DNA of 63,541 nucleotides, the filler included, from Octopus bimaculoides (lineage: Eukaryota), in assembly GCF_001194135.2 (NCBI RefSeq). It is 9 parts of 8 records of this genome, joined end to end, with 100 filler letters (N's around TTAATTAATTAA, not from the genome) between each part and the next. Parts side by side here need not be neighbours in the genome. Positions count along the whole stretch, not along the records: positions 41,021 to 57,768 come from NC_068981.1; positions 57,869 to 63,541 come from NW_026376973.1; 7 more parts are not named here. One strand, given 5' to 3'. The notes beneath the pieces were generated by a model, which was given only the letters and a program-made list of their open reading frames with translations, was not told the origin of the DNA and did no database searches. Each line of letters starts with the position of its first letter. The stretch's first letter is position 1. The translations under genes and the position numbers were made by a program. Below are positions 50,331-63,541 of this stretch, one piece after another.

Positions 50331-52072
50331 TATTAGTCACCAGTTTTGCAAATAACAGCTTCGTTGAACAATGACATCAACATTATGTTGTTGATAGTCG
50401 TTGATCATGGTGGTGCTAGTGATGATGATGATGATGTTGGTCTTGTTATTGTTGTTGTGGTGGTGGTTGTTGTTGTTGTTGCTGACGTTTTTATTGTTGT
50501 TTTAACACTTCAAAATGTGCTGTTGTTGTTGTGAACATTTTATCTTTCACGTCCAATGAGCTAAGTGTTGCTGCTGTTGTTGATGTGGAACCCCAGGTGA
50601 ACTCTGACCAAACAGAAATATTCGAAGACATTCCATCTATAGCCATCACGTCTTTTTCTCTGTCAGGTAACAATCAGGACTGCATTATCCAATATGTCTT
50701 CTTATTTAAAACCGTAAAGTTTGATTTGAGGTAGAATTGGTGACTATTTCTCGCATGTACACCGACCACCTTGTGACCATTTTCGTGAATTACGATATTT
50801 CACAATGCCTGTTGTTGTTGTTTTAGATTATTCTTCTGTCAAGAAAATCTTTACATAATGATATTTGAAGAACAAACTAACGCTATAGCAAGTCTAAATT
50901 AATTAGTATGTCCTTATTCTAATCAATCAATTTGACCTCATAATATTCGATCAGTATGCAATTGGTATTTTAATTAGCGACGTTCAAAGCTAAAGTCAAT
51001 CGAGACGCAATTTAACCACTGAATGTCCAAGAACAGAACCATAATCTGTGAAATTCTTACTATTTGCTGCCATATTGACATGCATGGACAAATTCCTAGT
51101 AAAAGCGAATTAGGGAGACCACGTGGCCGCCAAGGGAGGGAGAAGGAAACAGCGAGGATTGGACAAACTCCTGAAGGAAATCATGAATTTCGTTGATAAG
51201 CGGAATGAGGGAAGTTGGACGGAGGATGTTGTATTTCCTGCTGTACAAGAACGGCTTCACAGAAGGTAGAGATTTTCGTTGACTTTTTACTAACTTTATC
51301 TCTCAAACAATCATTAATGGTTTCATTTTTTACACTTGTTGTCGAAGGTATAGACAATAATGAGTTAAATTATCTCATTGCATTACTGATATGCTCTTAA
51401 TATCGACGATGCAGTATACATTTGTAGAAATATAAACACACAACATGCAAAGAAGTAGCTAAATGATGGTCAGTTGGCAGAACAGGTAAAACATCAAACA
51501 ATGTATATTCTGTATTTCGTTACAATATGTTTTCAATATTCTTGTTCTGAGTTCAAATGACATCAAGGTTAAATTTGTTTTTCACGATCTCTAGGTTCTA
51601 TTATATGCAATACCAGTCATGTATTCAGGTCCATTATACACCAATCCCTATTTCAATGGAATTATAATAGAAGACTAAGACTAGCTAAGGTAGTGCCAAG
51701 TGTTATAATATAGTGTAAATGCTGCAGTAATGCAATAGTTAATGTTGTATTGTTTACCACATTGCATCTTTGTGTATTTGTCTCCATCAGTATATATGTG
51801 TGCATGTATGTATACATGTACGTATGCTTCCGCTAATTTATCTGTCTGTCGATCTGTTGGTCTCTCCAGCGGCATCTCTGGTTGTCCATCTCAATGTCCG
51901 CCAGTCTGTCTGTCTCCGCCCGTCTAATGTATATGTCTGTATACCTATCTTTGTTAGTCTCTCTATATAATCGTTGGAATCTCTATGTATCTATCTCTCC
52001 GCTTGTCTACCTGTTTCAATATGTCACTGCATGTCTCTCTATATAATTGCTTCTCCCTCCCTCCCTCCCTCT

Positions 52073-52160
<88 letters not shown>

Positions 52161-52332
52161 ATCTATCTATCTAGCTAACTATCTATCTCCCTCTCTCATT
52201 CCTCTTTATATAAAGCACAAATAGAGACAAGGCGCAAAGACACCTTAAAGTGGTTGCGTGATGTGAGAAAGGCAGAATAAGAAAAATAAAATCAGAGGGA
52301 GCGAAATAGTTCAAGAGGAAGAAATAGAGACA

Positions 52333-52410
<78 letters not shown>

Positions 52411-52528
52411 CAGCAGCAGCAGCAGTACTAGCAGAATAAGAGACAATCGTAGACTAAAAAGGAAACGAAGAGATTGGGAATGTATATTTAAGTGTGTATG
52501 ATTGGGTTTGTATTTGTGTGTGTGTGTT

Positions 52529-52568
<40 letters not shown>

Positions 52569-52955
52569 TGTGTCTGTGTGTGTTAGAGAGCGATGATGTA
52601 AACAGTAGCATTATAAACGGCCAACACGATAAAAGATGTAGATAAGTCAAAGTAGGAAGGCTGCTCTGTTTACAGTATACAGATATTGTACCACGATAAA
52701 CTCCAGTTTTCGTCAACAGAGCGAGAAATCTATCGACTGATACGTCTTAAGGAGGTCTTAATTTAGACCAACACATCTTAACATAGTGTTTTATAGGTTA
52801 GCAGGGGGAGGAGATACGGGGGAGGATAGGGGGTACCACTTGCATGGGGTACACTCCTCATTGTCGGTCTTACTTCATACAAATGTTCATCTGCTTCCTA
52901 GTGTTGACTTACACGACTCCAGCCTCAGAAATGCAATGCACCAGTGTCTAAATGG

Positions 52956-52988
<33 letters not shown>

Positions 52989-53134
52989 TGTCTGTCTTTA
53001 TGCGTGTGTGTACTTGTGTTTATCTGTGACTGTGGCTGTGTGCGTCTGTGTCTATGTGTGTGTCCGTGTTTGTGTGTGTGTGTGTCTGTGTGCGCGTGTG
53101 TGTTTGTGCGTGTGCGTGTGTGTGTGTGTGGGTT

Positions 53135-53460
53135 CAGGCATGGCTGTGTGGTTAGGAAGTCCGCTTTGTAACCACGTGGTTTCGGATTCAGTCTCACAGC
53201 GCAGCACTTTGAACAAGTGTGTTCTATTATAGCTCCAGGATGACTAATGCATTGTGGGTGAATTGGAAGATGGAAACTGTGAGGAAGCTCTTTGTGTGTA
53301 TGATTATACCTGGCGTATGCGTTAATGTGAAAGTGTTGTTTTAATTGTTTTCCCTCCTGCTGCTTCAAAACGGGTATTGGCTTAGTTTGTGTCCCGTAAC
53401 TTAGCACTTCGGAAGTGGACTTGCTCGACTTTGTGCCCCAGCATGACCGCAGTCCAATTA
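53135..53460 (+). mobile_element. SINE family A, old diverged copy
   Basis: Degenerate match to both head and 3' extension. Confidence 0.65.
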
Positions 53461-53953
53461 CTATAACTAGTAAAAGAATTTGTTTCCGCATTGGCTGACG
53501 AATATTGAATCAGCCATCTCTGTTTTTACATATATTTGTGTGTGAGAGAGAGAGAAAGAGAGACACAGAGACACAGAGAGATTACATGTGGCCGGAAGCC
53601 ATAGATGACATACTAGATGCGCATAATCGATCACATTGCGAGAATAACACAGGCATGGATGACCAACAGTAAACAAGTAAACACAGTTCCCCTAATTTCG
53701 ACTTGTTAGGGTTCGTCAGTGATGGCTTACGTCACCGTGTAACTACAGAAGCAAACTGAAATATCTCAATGAATTATGTAAAGATAGCATTACTTTCGTA
53801 CATATTTTTTAATGATATTTTGTGTTGCGTGTGGCTGTGAAGGTGTGTGTATACATATATGTATACTCGAATATATGTAAGTATATGCACATAGACAGAC
53901 ACACAAACGTACACATATTGAGACGTAAAAACAAGATATGCATACATACAAAT

Positions 53954-53997
<44 letters not shown>

Positions 53998-54091
53998 ACA
54001 CATACACATATATATTCAGACACACATGTATACGAATATATTCGTTTATATATGTGAATTTCGAGATGTATGTGTGTATATATATATACAT

Positions 54092-54150
<59 letters not shown>

Positions 54151-54546
54151 TATAAATATATACACACACTTACATACACATATACATATTCACACACGCC
54201 TATATACATGTATGTGTTTATATGTTTCTATATGAGCACGTGCGTGTGTTTACACACACAGACACACACAAACACACACACACACACACAGACATAGGTA
54301 TATATATACCATTATATCAAACAAACAAAATTCGCAACAACAACTGTTGACAGCAATAACAACAAAAGGAAGAATCGAAAAGAATTAGGGGGAAAAAAAA
54401 GAAGAAGAAGAAAAGAATGCAAAACGTGATTGCAATATTTTTCAGAAGAAAATATATATTGAATTAAACAGATAAGACAATCCTATGAAACGGAATTAAT
54501 CCAACACAGCGTCTTCGAAGGAATATTATTATTTCAGCATCATCAC

Positions 54547-54624
<78 letters not shown>

Positions 54625-54683
54625 TATCATTATTATTATTATTATTATTATTATCTGTNNNNNNNNNNNTTCAGCATCATCAC

Positions 54684-54761
<78 letters not shown>

Positions 54762-55067
54762 TATCATTATTATTATTATTATTATTATTATCTGTGTTGC
54801 AGTTGTTGCTTTTGTTATAACTCTTCCGTTTGTTTGTTTTTTTTGTGTGTGTGTGTGTGTGTGTGTGGTGTTTCTTGTTTTTATTCTAAGAATTTTATTT
54901 TTTATTTTTTCTTGTTGTTGCTGCAGTTTTTTCGCTTGTTTTTTAATTGTTTTTGCCTTTCTTTGTGATATTTGAGGATTTTCTTAATGGCATTACAATG
55001 ATATCTATCATTATCATCATCAACATCATCATTTTCTCCCCCAGACACACATTCACGTGCTTGTACG

Positions 55068-55099
<32 letters not shown>

Positions 55100-55112
55100 C
55101 ATATATATATAC

Positions 55113-55157
<45 letters not shown>

Positions 55158-55977
55158 NNNNNNNNNNNNNNNNNNNNNNNNNNNNNNNNNNNNNNNNNNN
55201 NNNNNNNNNNNNNNNNNNNNNNNNNNNNNNNNNNNNNNNNNNNNNNNNNNNNNNNNNNNNNNNNNNNNNNNNNNNNNNNNNNNNNNNNNNNNNNNNNNNN
55301 NNNNNNNNNNNNNNNNNNNNNNNNNNNNNNNNNNNNNNNNNNNNNNNNNNNNNNNNNNNNNNNNNNNNNNNNNNNNNNNNNNNNNNNNNNNNNNNNNNNN
55401 NNNNNNNNNNNNNNNNNNNNNNNNNNNNNNNNNNNNNNNNNNNNNNNNNNNNNNNNNNNNNNNNNNNNNNNNNNNNNNNNNNNNNNNNNNNNNNNNNNNN
55501 NNNNNNNNNNNNNNNNNNNNNNNNNNNNNNNNNNNNNNNNNNNNNNNNNNNNNNNNNNNNNNNNNNNNNNNNNNNNNNNNNNNNNNNNNNNNNNNNNNNN
55601 NNNNNNNNNNNNNNNNNNNNNNNNNNNNNNNNNNNNNNNNNNNNNNNNNNNNNNNNNNNNNNNNNNNNNNNNNNNNNNNNNNNNNNNNNNNNNNNNNNNN
55701 NNNNNNNNNNNNNNNNNNNNNNNNNNNNNNNNNNNNNNNNNNNNNNNNNNNNNNNNNNNNNNNNNNNNNNNNNNNNNNNNNNNNNNNNNNNNNNNNNNNN
55801 NNNNNNNNNNNNNNNNNNNNNNNNNNNNNNNNNNNNNNNNNNNNNNNNNNNNNNNNNNNNNNNNNNNNNNNNNNNNNNNNNNNNNNNNNNNNNNNNNNNN
55901 NNNNNNNNNNNNNNNNNNNNNNNNNNNNNNNNNNNNNNNNNNNNNNNNNNNNNNNNNNNNNNNNNNNNNNNNNNNNN

Positions 55978-56014
<37 letters not shown>

Positions 56015-56301
56015 GCATATAAGTATGCTTGTGTGTGCATACAAACACACAAACGTGTGTGTGCATTTATGAGTGTGTGTGTGTGTGCGTATACAAATAT
56101 ATCTGTTCATGTAGAAATATGCACAGATGCATCTTTGTTTAAATGTATGTGTATATACATATGTGTATATGTGTGTGTATGTGTGCGTGTGTGTATATAT
56201 GTATATGCACAGAGCAAGCGTCTTGTTCTATTTAATTACACAAAAGTCTTGACTTGTTAGACCAAGATTTCAGCATAAGTTTAAAGTACTTTTCTCACAC
56301 G

Positions 56302-56350
<49 letters not shown>

Positions 56351-56645
56351 TCACATATACACATGTATATAGATAGAAACGGGAATGTCTGCCTGTCTGT
56401 ATGTATGTATGTATGTATGTATGTATAAAGACCTCAATGTTGCTTTGGCGATTAAATGAATGAACGTACTCAATACTATTAAATACTGTGGAATCATATT
56501 TGTTCATTACCGAGTATTTGTGAATCACTAAGATTTTTTCGTGGAACGGAAATGGTCGAACAGCTATTCGTTCCGATTTACTTTCCAAAAATATATAAAA
56601 ACATATATTTAAATGCCTATATATTTAAAGAGTCAGACATAAATG

Positions 56646-56806
56646 CAGGAGTAGCTGTACGGTAAGAAGCTTGTTTCCTTACCACCTGCTTCCGGGTTCA
56701 GTCCCACTGCGTGGCACCTTCTACTAGAGCTTCGGGCCGACCAAAGCCGTGTGAGTGGATTTGGTAGGCGGAAACTGAGAGAAGCCCGCCGTGTGTGTGT
56801 GTGTGT

Positions 56807-56859
<53 letters not shown>

Positions 56860-56891
56860 TGAGTGTGTGTATGTGTGCGNNNNNNNNNNNN

Positions 56892-56941
<50 letters not shown>

Positions 56942-57181
56942 TGAGTGTGTGTATGTGTGCGTGTATGTGTGAGCGTGTGTGTGTATGTGTTTGTCTCCTC
57001 AGCAACCGATGTTGCTGGCTTTATGTCACCGTAAATTAGCGGTTCGGAAAAAGAGACACATAGAATACGTACTAGCCTTACAAAGAGTAAGCTCTGGAGG
57101 GGGGAGCATTTATTTGACAAAAGGTAGCGCTCCAGTATGGCCACAGTCAAATGACTGCAACAAGCAAAAGAGTAAAAGAGT
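56646..57181 (+). mobile_element. SINE family A with expanded internal (TG)n
   Basis: Head at 56646-56790, (TG)n, then 3' extension to 57181. Confidence 0.82.
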
Positions 57182-58319
57182 TAATACATATATATATTTG
57201 AAAATATATAACGTGTGTGTACCAGATAATTATAGACAGATAGACAGATAAATAAGCCGTTAGACATATAGTCACGTGAGTGGTAATTTATGCATATATG
57301 TGTATGTACTTTTGTATGTATTATCTATCAATATCTGTATATATATATATATTTGATTATTCATACATATATTCTTCTGTTACTGAAATATGAAATAAAG
57401 GAGGATAGACACATAGTTAAACGGTTTCTTTAGCTTCCCTTCTGAAGTCATCAGTCAGTACCTTCATTGGCGACGAAAGTACATCAAAGCAAACAAGACA
57501 CCCAATCTGAAAGGCTACAGAAAGTTTGAATATATTGCCATGCACGAAATCAATTAATTGGTGTGCTGTACCGCGTTTCCCTTGATTAATATCGTTCGTT
57601 TATCATCCTGCATTACAATGTCTCCTGAGAAGCGGCACATATCTAGCGAAAAATATAAACTGCTCTGGAAATTATTGACTCAGACACATATTCAGGCGTA
57701 TGTTTGGATGTGTGTTTATGTATGCAAATATATGTGTGAGTGTGTGCATGCATATATATATATATATANNNNNNNNNNNNNNNNNNNNNNNNNNNNNNNN
57801 NNNNNNNNNNNNTTAATTAATTAANNNNNNNNNNNNNNNNNNNNNNNNNNNNNNNNNNNNNNNNNNNNGGGGGGGGATCTGATGGATTGAAGTCTGATGA
57901 GGTGGTTTGGGTGTCAGGGAGGTTGGGGAGAGAGTCGAAGGAGGTGAGGGTTAGGGAAGGTGATGATGGGAGTGGGGGGCAGGTTCGAAGGAAATGGAAG
58001 TTGGGTCGGGTAGGTGGGGCAGAGGTTGAGGAAGGATGTGGGATGGAAGTTGGGGGAGTCAGGGATCTGGGGAGGTGTTGAGGAGGTGGGTGTGAAGTCA
58101 GGGTGGGGTGCTGTTTATGACTAAAGTACATGGAACATGGAGAGAAAGTACTGTATATGAGTGTAGGTGGATGCTCTATGCTTCTGCAGACATTCTACAC
58201 CTCCACCTAGAGATCCACTACATCTCCCACCCCAACACACAGCAGCTACCTCCTCTCCACTCCTTCTCTGCATGCAACCTCCACACCCTCACCCGACTCC
58301 ATCCCACCCGATACCCTGG

Positions 58320-58523
58320 TGTCATGCAAATGGCACTTGTGCCGGTGGCACGTAAAAGCACCCCCTACACTCTGTAAAGTGGTTGACATTACGAAGGGCA
58401 TCCAGCCGTAGAAAACCATGCCACACCAGACTGGAGTCTGGTGCAGCCTTCCAGCATGCCAGCCCGGTCAAACCGTCCAACCCATGCCAGCATGGACAAT
58501 GGACGTTAAATCATGATGATGAT
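58320..58523 (+). mobile_element. Retroposon 3' part ending ggacgttaaa-(TGA)n
   Basis: ggcacgtaaaagcac...gaagggcatccagccgtagaaa...caaaccgtccaacccatgccagcatgga..ggacgttaaa. Related fragments at about 13715-13810 (+) and 61045-61100 (-). Confidence 0.6.
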
Positions 58524-58532
58524 ATATATAGC

Positions 58533-58783
58533 CATAGGAGTAGCTCTGTGGTAAGTAGCATGCTTACGAACCACATGGTTCCAGGTTCAACCCCACTGCG
58601 TGGCACCTTGGGCAAGTGTCTTCTACTATAGCCTCGGGCCGACCAAAGCCTTGTGAGTGGATTTGGTAGACGGAAATTGAAAGAAGCCCGTCGTATATAT
58701 GTATATATATATATGTATGTGTGTGTATATGTTTGTGTGTCTGTGTTTGTTCCCCCCCCCCCAACATCGCTTGACAACCAATG
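58533..58783 (+). mobile_element. SINE family A
   Basis: Clear match to the family head, truncated by a gap. Confidence 0.85.
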
Positions 58784-59307
58784 NNNNNNNNNNNNNNNNN
58801 NNNNNNNNNNNNNNNNNNNNNNNNNNNNNNNNNNNNNNNNNNNNNNNNNNNNNNNNNNNNNNNNNNNNNNNNNNNNNNNNNNNNNNNNNNNNNNNNNNNN
58901 NNNNNNNNNNNNNNNNNNNNNNNNNNNNNNNNNNNNNNNNNNNNNNNNNNNNNNNNNNNNNNNNNNNNNNNNNNNNNNNNNNNNNNNNNNNNNNNNNNNN
59001 NNNNNNNNNNNNNNNNNNNNNNNNNNNNNNNNNNNNNNNNNNNNNNNNNNNNNNNNNNNNNNNNNNNNNNNNNNNNNNNNNNNNNNNNNNNNNNNNNNNN
59101 NNNNNNNNNNNNNNNNNNNNNNNNNNNNNNNNNNNNNNNNNNNNNNNNNNNNNNNNNNNNNNNNNNNNNNNNNNNNNNNNNNNNNNNNNNNNNNNNNNNN
59201 NNNNNNNNNNNNNNNNNNNNNNNNNNNNNNNNNNNNNNNNNNNNNNNNNNNNNNNNNNNNNATACAGATGTACATACACACATGCACATATACATATATA
59301 TACATAT

Positions 59308-59345
<38 letters not shown>

Positions 59346-60827
59346 ATACAGACGTACACACACACACACACACACATGTATAGTTATGCTTCGGAAGTGT
59401 CATTACAACAATAAAACACACAGAATTAAGATGTAATTATGTAATTTGAAGTTAAGTGCGTGAGTGATACATCAGCAATGAAGTAAAAGAGTGTAATGTA
59501 AGCACTTTCATAAACCCATTAATTAGTCATTAGAAGTCGACTAATTTATCAGCTAATCCATAATAAAACAGTAGTGTAATACAACCAGCCTGTGTGTCTT
59601 ATTTGGCAGAATGCTCCACCAAAAGTACAACAGTATCAGTTTCAACACACACAAACACATACACACATATGTGCACATGCATGCACACACACACGCACAC
59701 ATACACACATGCACAGACACATATGCACATGCACACACACATTCATACACACTCATGAACACACACACAGACATGCACATGTGCACATGCTCACACACAC
59801 TTACATGCATATACACATATGCACACACACATACACAATGCACACACACACAAGCACACACTCATACACACACACACACACACACACATACAAAAACACA
59901 TTTGTCTGACATGGAATGTCTTCTGCTGAACTAGTTTCCCAGATCTTGTGAAACCTCTTCCAACCATTTAAACATTTATCAAATTTTCACCAGGTTATTT
60001 CTAAACAAATTTAGTTTTTTTGCATATACTGATGTTGAAAAATTGCATTCATTTTTTTTTTTTTTTTTTAGTTCTCAAAATTTAACTATAAACGAGTTAC
60101 ATCATTGTAGAAAATTTGAAAAAAAAAAATCTGCTGAAAATTTGAAATACATCAACCAGTTGGAAGAAAATTAAATACGATTTAGTTTTTCTTCCGCTTA
60201 GCTACACACATTTTTAAATGCAATTTTCGTCTGTTTAGTCATTAAATGTTCATGGAAGCTGAAACGATAAACGTTGCCCTTTCAAAGCCTTGCCAGGCTC
60301 ATGGGCCCGGTTTCCCGGTTTCTATGGCGTATGTGTTCTCCCACCCAGCTGGACGGGATGCCAGTCCATCGCAGCATTTACTCAAGAAACAGGAANNNNN
60401 NNNNNNNNNNNNNNNNNNNNNNNNNNNNNNNNNNNNNNNNNNNNNNNNNNNNNNNNNNNNNNNNNNNNNNNNNNNNNNNNNNNNNNNNNNNNNNNNNNNN
60501 NNNNNNNNNNNNNNNNNNNNNNNNNNNNNNNNNNNNNNNNNNNNNNNNNNNNNNNNNNNNNNNNNNNNNNNNNNNNNNNNNNNNNNNNNNNNNNNNNNNN
60601 NNNNNNNNNNNNNNNNNNNNNNNNNNNNNNNNNNNNNNNNNNNNNNNNNNNNNNNNNNNNNNNNNNNNNNNNNNNNNNNNNNNNNNNNNNNNNNNNNNNN
60701 NNNNNNNNNNNNNNNNNNNNNNNNNNNNNNNNNNNNNNNNNNNNNNNNNNNNNNNNNNNNNNNNNNNNNNNNNNNNNNNNNNNNNNNNNNNNNNNNNNNN
60801 NNNNNNNNNNNNNNNNNNNNNNNNNNN

Positions 60828-60854
<27 letters not shown>

Positions 60855-60860
<6 letters not shown>

Positions 60861-61025
60861 TACGACAGGCTTCTTTCAGTTTCCGTCTACCAAATCCACT
60901 CACAAGGCTTTGGTCGACCCAAGGCTATAGTAGAAGACACTTGCCCAAGGTGCCACGCAGTGGGACTGAACCCAGAACCATGTGGTTGGTAAGCAAGCTA
61001 CTTACCACACAGCCACTCCTGTGCC
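60855..61025 (-). mobile_element. SINE family A head
   Basis: Reverse-complement match to the family head. Confidence 0.85.
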
Positions 61026-61347
61026 TATATATATGTGTGTGTGTATCATCATCATTTAATGTCCGCTTTCCGTGCTGGCATGGGCTGGACAGCTTGACAG
61101 GGCCTGGCTTGTCAGGGCCTTGACAGATGACACCTTATTAAGAAGAAGGGCATGTTAGATAGCCTAGTTCTATGGTCACAACTGCAATACCTTTGCTTAT
61201 TGGTCAGCTGTATCAGCATTGACCAGGGGTTAAACAATATCATGCACAAGCCAATGAGAGAATCACTAAGTGGTCGCTGCGTCTGCTTGAAACAACAGCC
61301 AAGTCTCCCTCATATCAAACAAGTTATCATCTAAAAAAAAACAGGCA

Positions 61348-61740
61348 GGACACATTAGACAATGTAGTCCGAGATACACTATGTGTAGGTATAAAAAGTC
61401 GGAATAGCCACGGATAGAACCCTTTTAATCTTAGTCTGCAGGGTTCAGACTGACCTGGGGCTAAACAACAACAATAAAAACAAAAAGACGCATTAGATAA
61501 TGTAGTCCAAGATACATTATGTCTGAATAAAAGACAGGATGGTCAAGGCTGGAAAGTCATTGATCATAAGTCACCTGGATCAGGACTGACCTGGGGTTAA
61601 ACAACAACAAAAGGGAAGGACACATTAGATAATGTAGTCCTAGGTACACTGTGTCTGAATAAAAGAAAAGATGATCACGGTTGGAACGTCTTTGATCATG
61701 TCTGCTGAGTCAGTAACGACCCGGGGTTAAATAAGAATAA
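61348..61740 (+). repeat. Three-unit tandem repeat, period about 132-138 bp
   Basis: cattaga[c/t]aatgtagtcc...gacc[t/c]gggg[c/t]taaa at 61353, 61491 and 61623. Confidence 0.85.
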
Positions 61741-62059
61741 AAATCACAAATCAACGAGGGAGACCTCTACATAGTGCATCACCTTGCTAGAAATAGCAGC
61801 TAAATGATCACGAAACCGTCTTAATTATGCAAAAAAAAAACGAGGAGATAGCAGGATCGGGGTGGGAGAGATATTGGATAAGATAGTCTTGAAGATGCAA
61901 TGCTTGAAAGACGAGAAGGACCGCAAATGACAGGGGGGAGGCATGGTCGGAATGTCCACACACACACACACACACACACTTTCTCTCTCTCTATCTCTCA
62001 ATGGTCTTTTATATTAACACTAGATCAGATATTTGGAGGAGAGGGGCATACATGTTTAA

Positions 62060-62950
62060 GATGAATCAGTCGACCCGAGTAAATGACTGGTACTTTATTT
62101 TATCGATCCCCGAAAGGACGAAAGGCAAAGTTGAACACGGCAGAATTCGAACTAAGAACCTAGAGCGTTGGGATAAATTACCAAACGGTACCAGATATTT
62201 TCTCCGATGCTCCAACGATTCTGCGAACCCACCACCCTTTATAATAACAACTGTTTACTCAGTTCGTGGCTGGGGCTTTATTTTACTGACCTAACAAGAA
62301 CGAAAGGCAAACATGGATTCTGCGGGATTCGAACACGGAACCTAGAAAGCCGCAACTAAATACTGCGAGACATTTTTGTTGTGGTTCTTTATGATTGAAA
62401 TAAACGCCATTGCCTTTAATATAATGTTTTGTAGTTGAGAAACAAGGCCAGAAATTATGTTTGAAAGGACTAAATCGATCATAGTACTAAATTAGCATTT
62501 TATTTTATCGGCCTCAACGCAAAGGTAACCCCGACCGAACATGAACTAAAAATTGAAGGGACCGTTGTACAGTAATACGAAAAACAATATCCAATTTAGG
62601 CCCAAGGCCAGTAATATTGAGGGGACGGGGTGAGTCGATATAATCGATCTCCGGTCTTAACTGGTACTTTATTTTATCGACCGCCGAGGGTTAAAAGGCA
62701 AGTTTAACTCTGGCAGGATTTGAACTCCGACTGTAAAGAAGCGCAACAGATTACAAGCATTCTGATGGTTCTACGAGTTCGAGGAGGGTGGGGGAATTAT
62801 TTCTAGTGCAGGCACGAAATCTGAAATTTGAGGAGGGAATTGGTGAATTAAAATTAATCCGAGTACTTGACTTGCTTAACTTTATTTTGTCGACGCGAGA
62901 AAGATGAGAGACAAAACTAACCTGGGCGGAAGTTGAACCCACAGCGTAAA
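62060..62950 (-). mobile_element. Cluster of about five same-orientation diverged SINE family B copies
   Basis: Repeated tactttattttatcga...aaaggcaaag...ga[t]tcgaac blocks starting near 62060, 62270, 62440, 62600 and 62810. Confidence 0.65.
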
Positions 62951-63031
62951 GATTACGATTTGAAAAGAAAATAAAAGAAAAGAAAAGAAAAAAAAAGAAA
63001 TGTAAATAAATAAAATATATTTTTAACTTAC

Positions 63032-63093
63032 CCGGGGGTGCTTGGCCGTGTTGGTGGAAGTGCTTGTTGTGGAGAATGGCCGTTGAAACCGTC
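63032..63093 (-). CDS. Candidate small upstream exon, possibly of the GATA gene (coding status uncertain)
   Basis: ttttgtctttctctaag acceptor and cgg|gtaagt donor around 62 nt of non-repetitive sequence, open in all three frames. One frame (TVSTAILHNKHFHQHGQAPP-G) ends in phase 1, compatible with exon 45676-46221. No recognisable homology. Confidence 0.3.
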
Positions 63094-63541
63094 CTTAGAG
63101 AAAGACAAAAAGCAGATGAAGGGAAAAAATATATAGAAGAGCCGATGTGTTTGTTTGTGGAGATGTTTGTGTTTGGTAGGGCTGTGGGATTTGCTATCGG
63201 GTGGAATTGGAGTTAGACAAAGCCGTCAGACAGAGACACAGGCACATAGCCAGAGAGCGAAGGACCCGAGAGGTATAAGACCTGGCCCCCAGCGGCAGAG
63301 ATAAAGACCCTCTGAGAGACGAAAGAAGAAAGAGATAAGGAAAAATAAAGGGACTAGCTTACTAGAGAGTGTAACACACGCATACATACATATATATACA
63401 CGCACACACAAGTACAAACACACGCGCACACACACACAGAGGGCCTCCGGGGAGAATTTTTTTTTTTTTTATCAGGGTGGATGGTTGTGGAGGTACAGTG
63501 CTTCTTTCGAAACGTTCTGTGAAAGCAACTTTTTAATATAT

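Noticed and set aside
57869-58131. Pro/Ser/Thr-rich minus-strand ORF
   Set aside because: Purine-rich low-complexity sequence with no start context or splice support.
63299-63338. Two AGATAA sites as GATA autoregulatory elements
   Set aside because: WGATAR is ubiquitous in this AT- and (GATA)n-rich sequence, so two copies carry no information.

Overview
This is a repeat-rich, gappy animal genomic scaffold. The microsatellite density and SINE families look like an octopus/cephalopod (inference). Almost all ORFs in the supplied track are microsatellite or N-gap artefacts. Real coding signal is spliced and short. (1) A + strand scavenger-receptor cysteine-rich (SRCR) gene has three clean in-phase exons at 6.3-10.5 kb and a broken fourth. 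(2) A - strand IP3-receptor/ryanodine-receptor-family channel has three C-terminal exons at 16.4-19.5 kb. (3) A - strand GATA1/2/3-class exon preceding zinc finger 1 lies at 45676-46221. (4) A tentative + strand micro-exon cluster at 31.15-31.41 kb has a CUB-like pattern. Mobile DNA includes tRNA-derived SINEs, a Penelope-like element with ~245-bp inverted arms, an R4/Dong-like fragment in (AAT)n, Tx1/L1 fragments, and dead Tc1 and mariner transposases. The most unusual signal is a set of hammerhead-ribozyme-like motifs on the - strand (11.2, 15.5, 20.2 and a degenerate one at 47.0 kb) in small repeat elements, one bounded by 33-bp inverted repeats. Eight artificial N44-TTAATTAATTAA-N44 linkers mark joins, so long-range gene order is uncertain. 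No database searches or folding programs were run; family assignments rest on motif recognition by eye.
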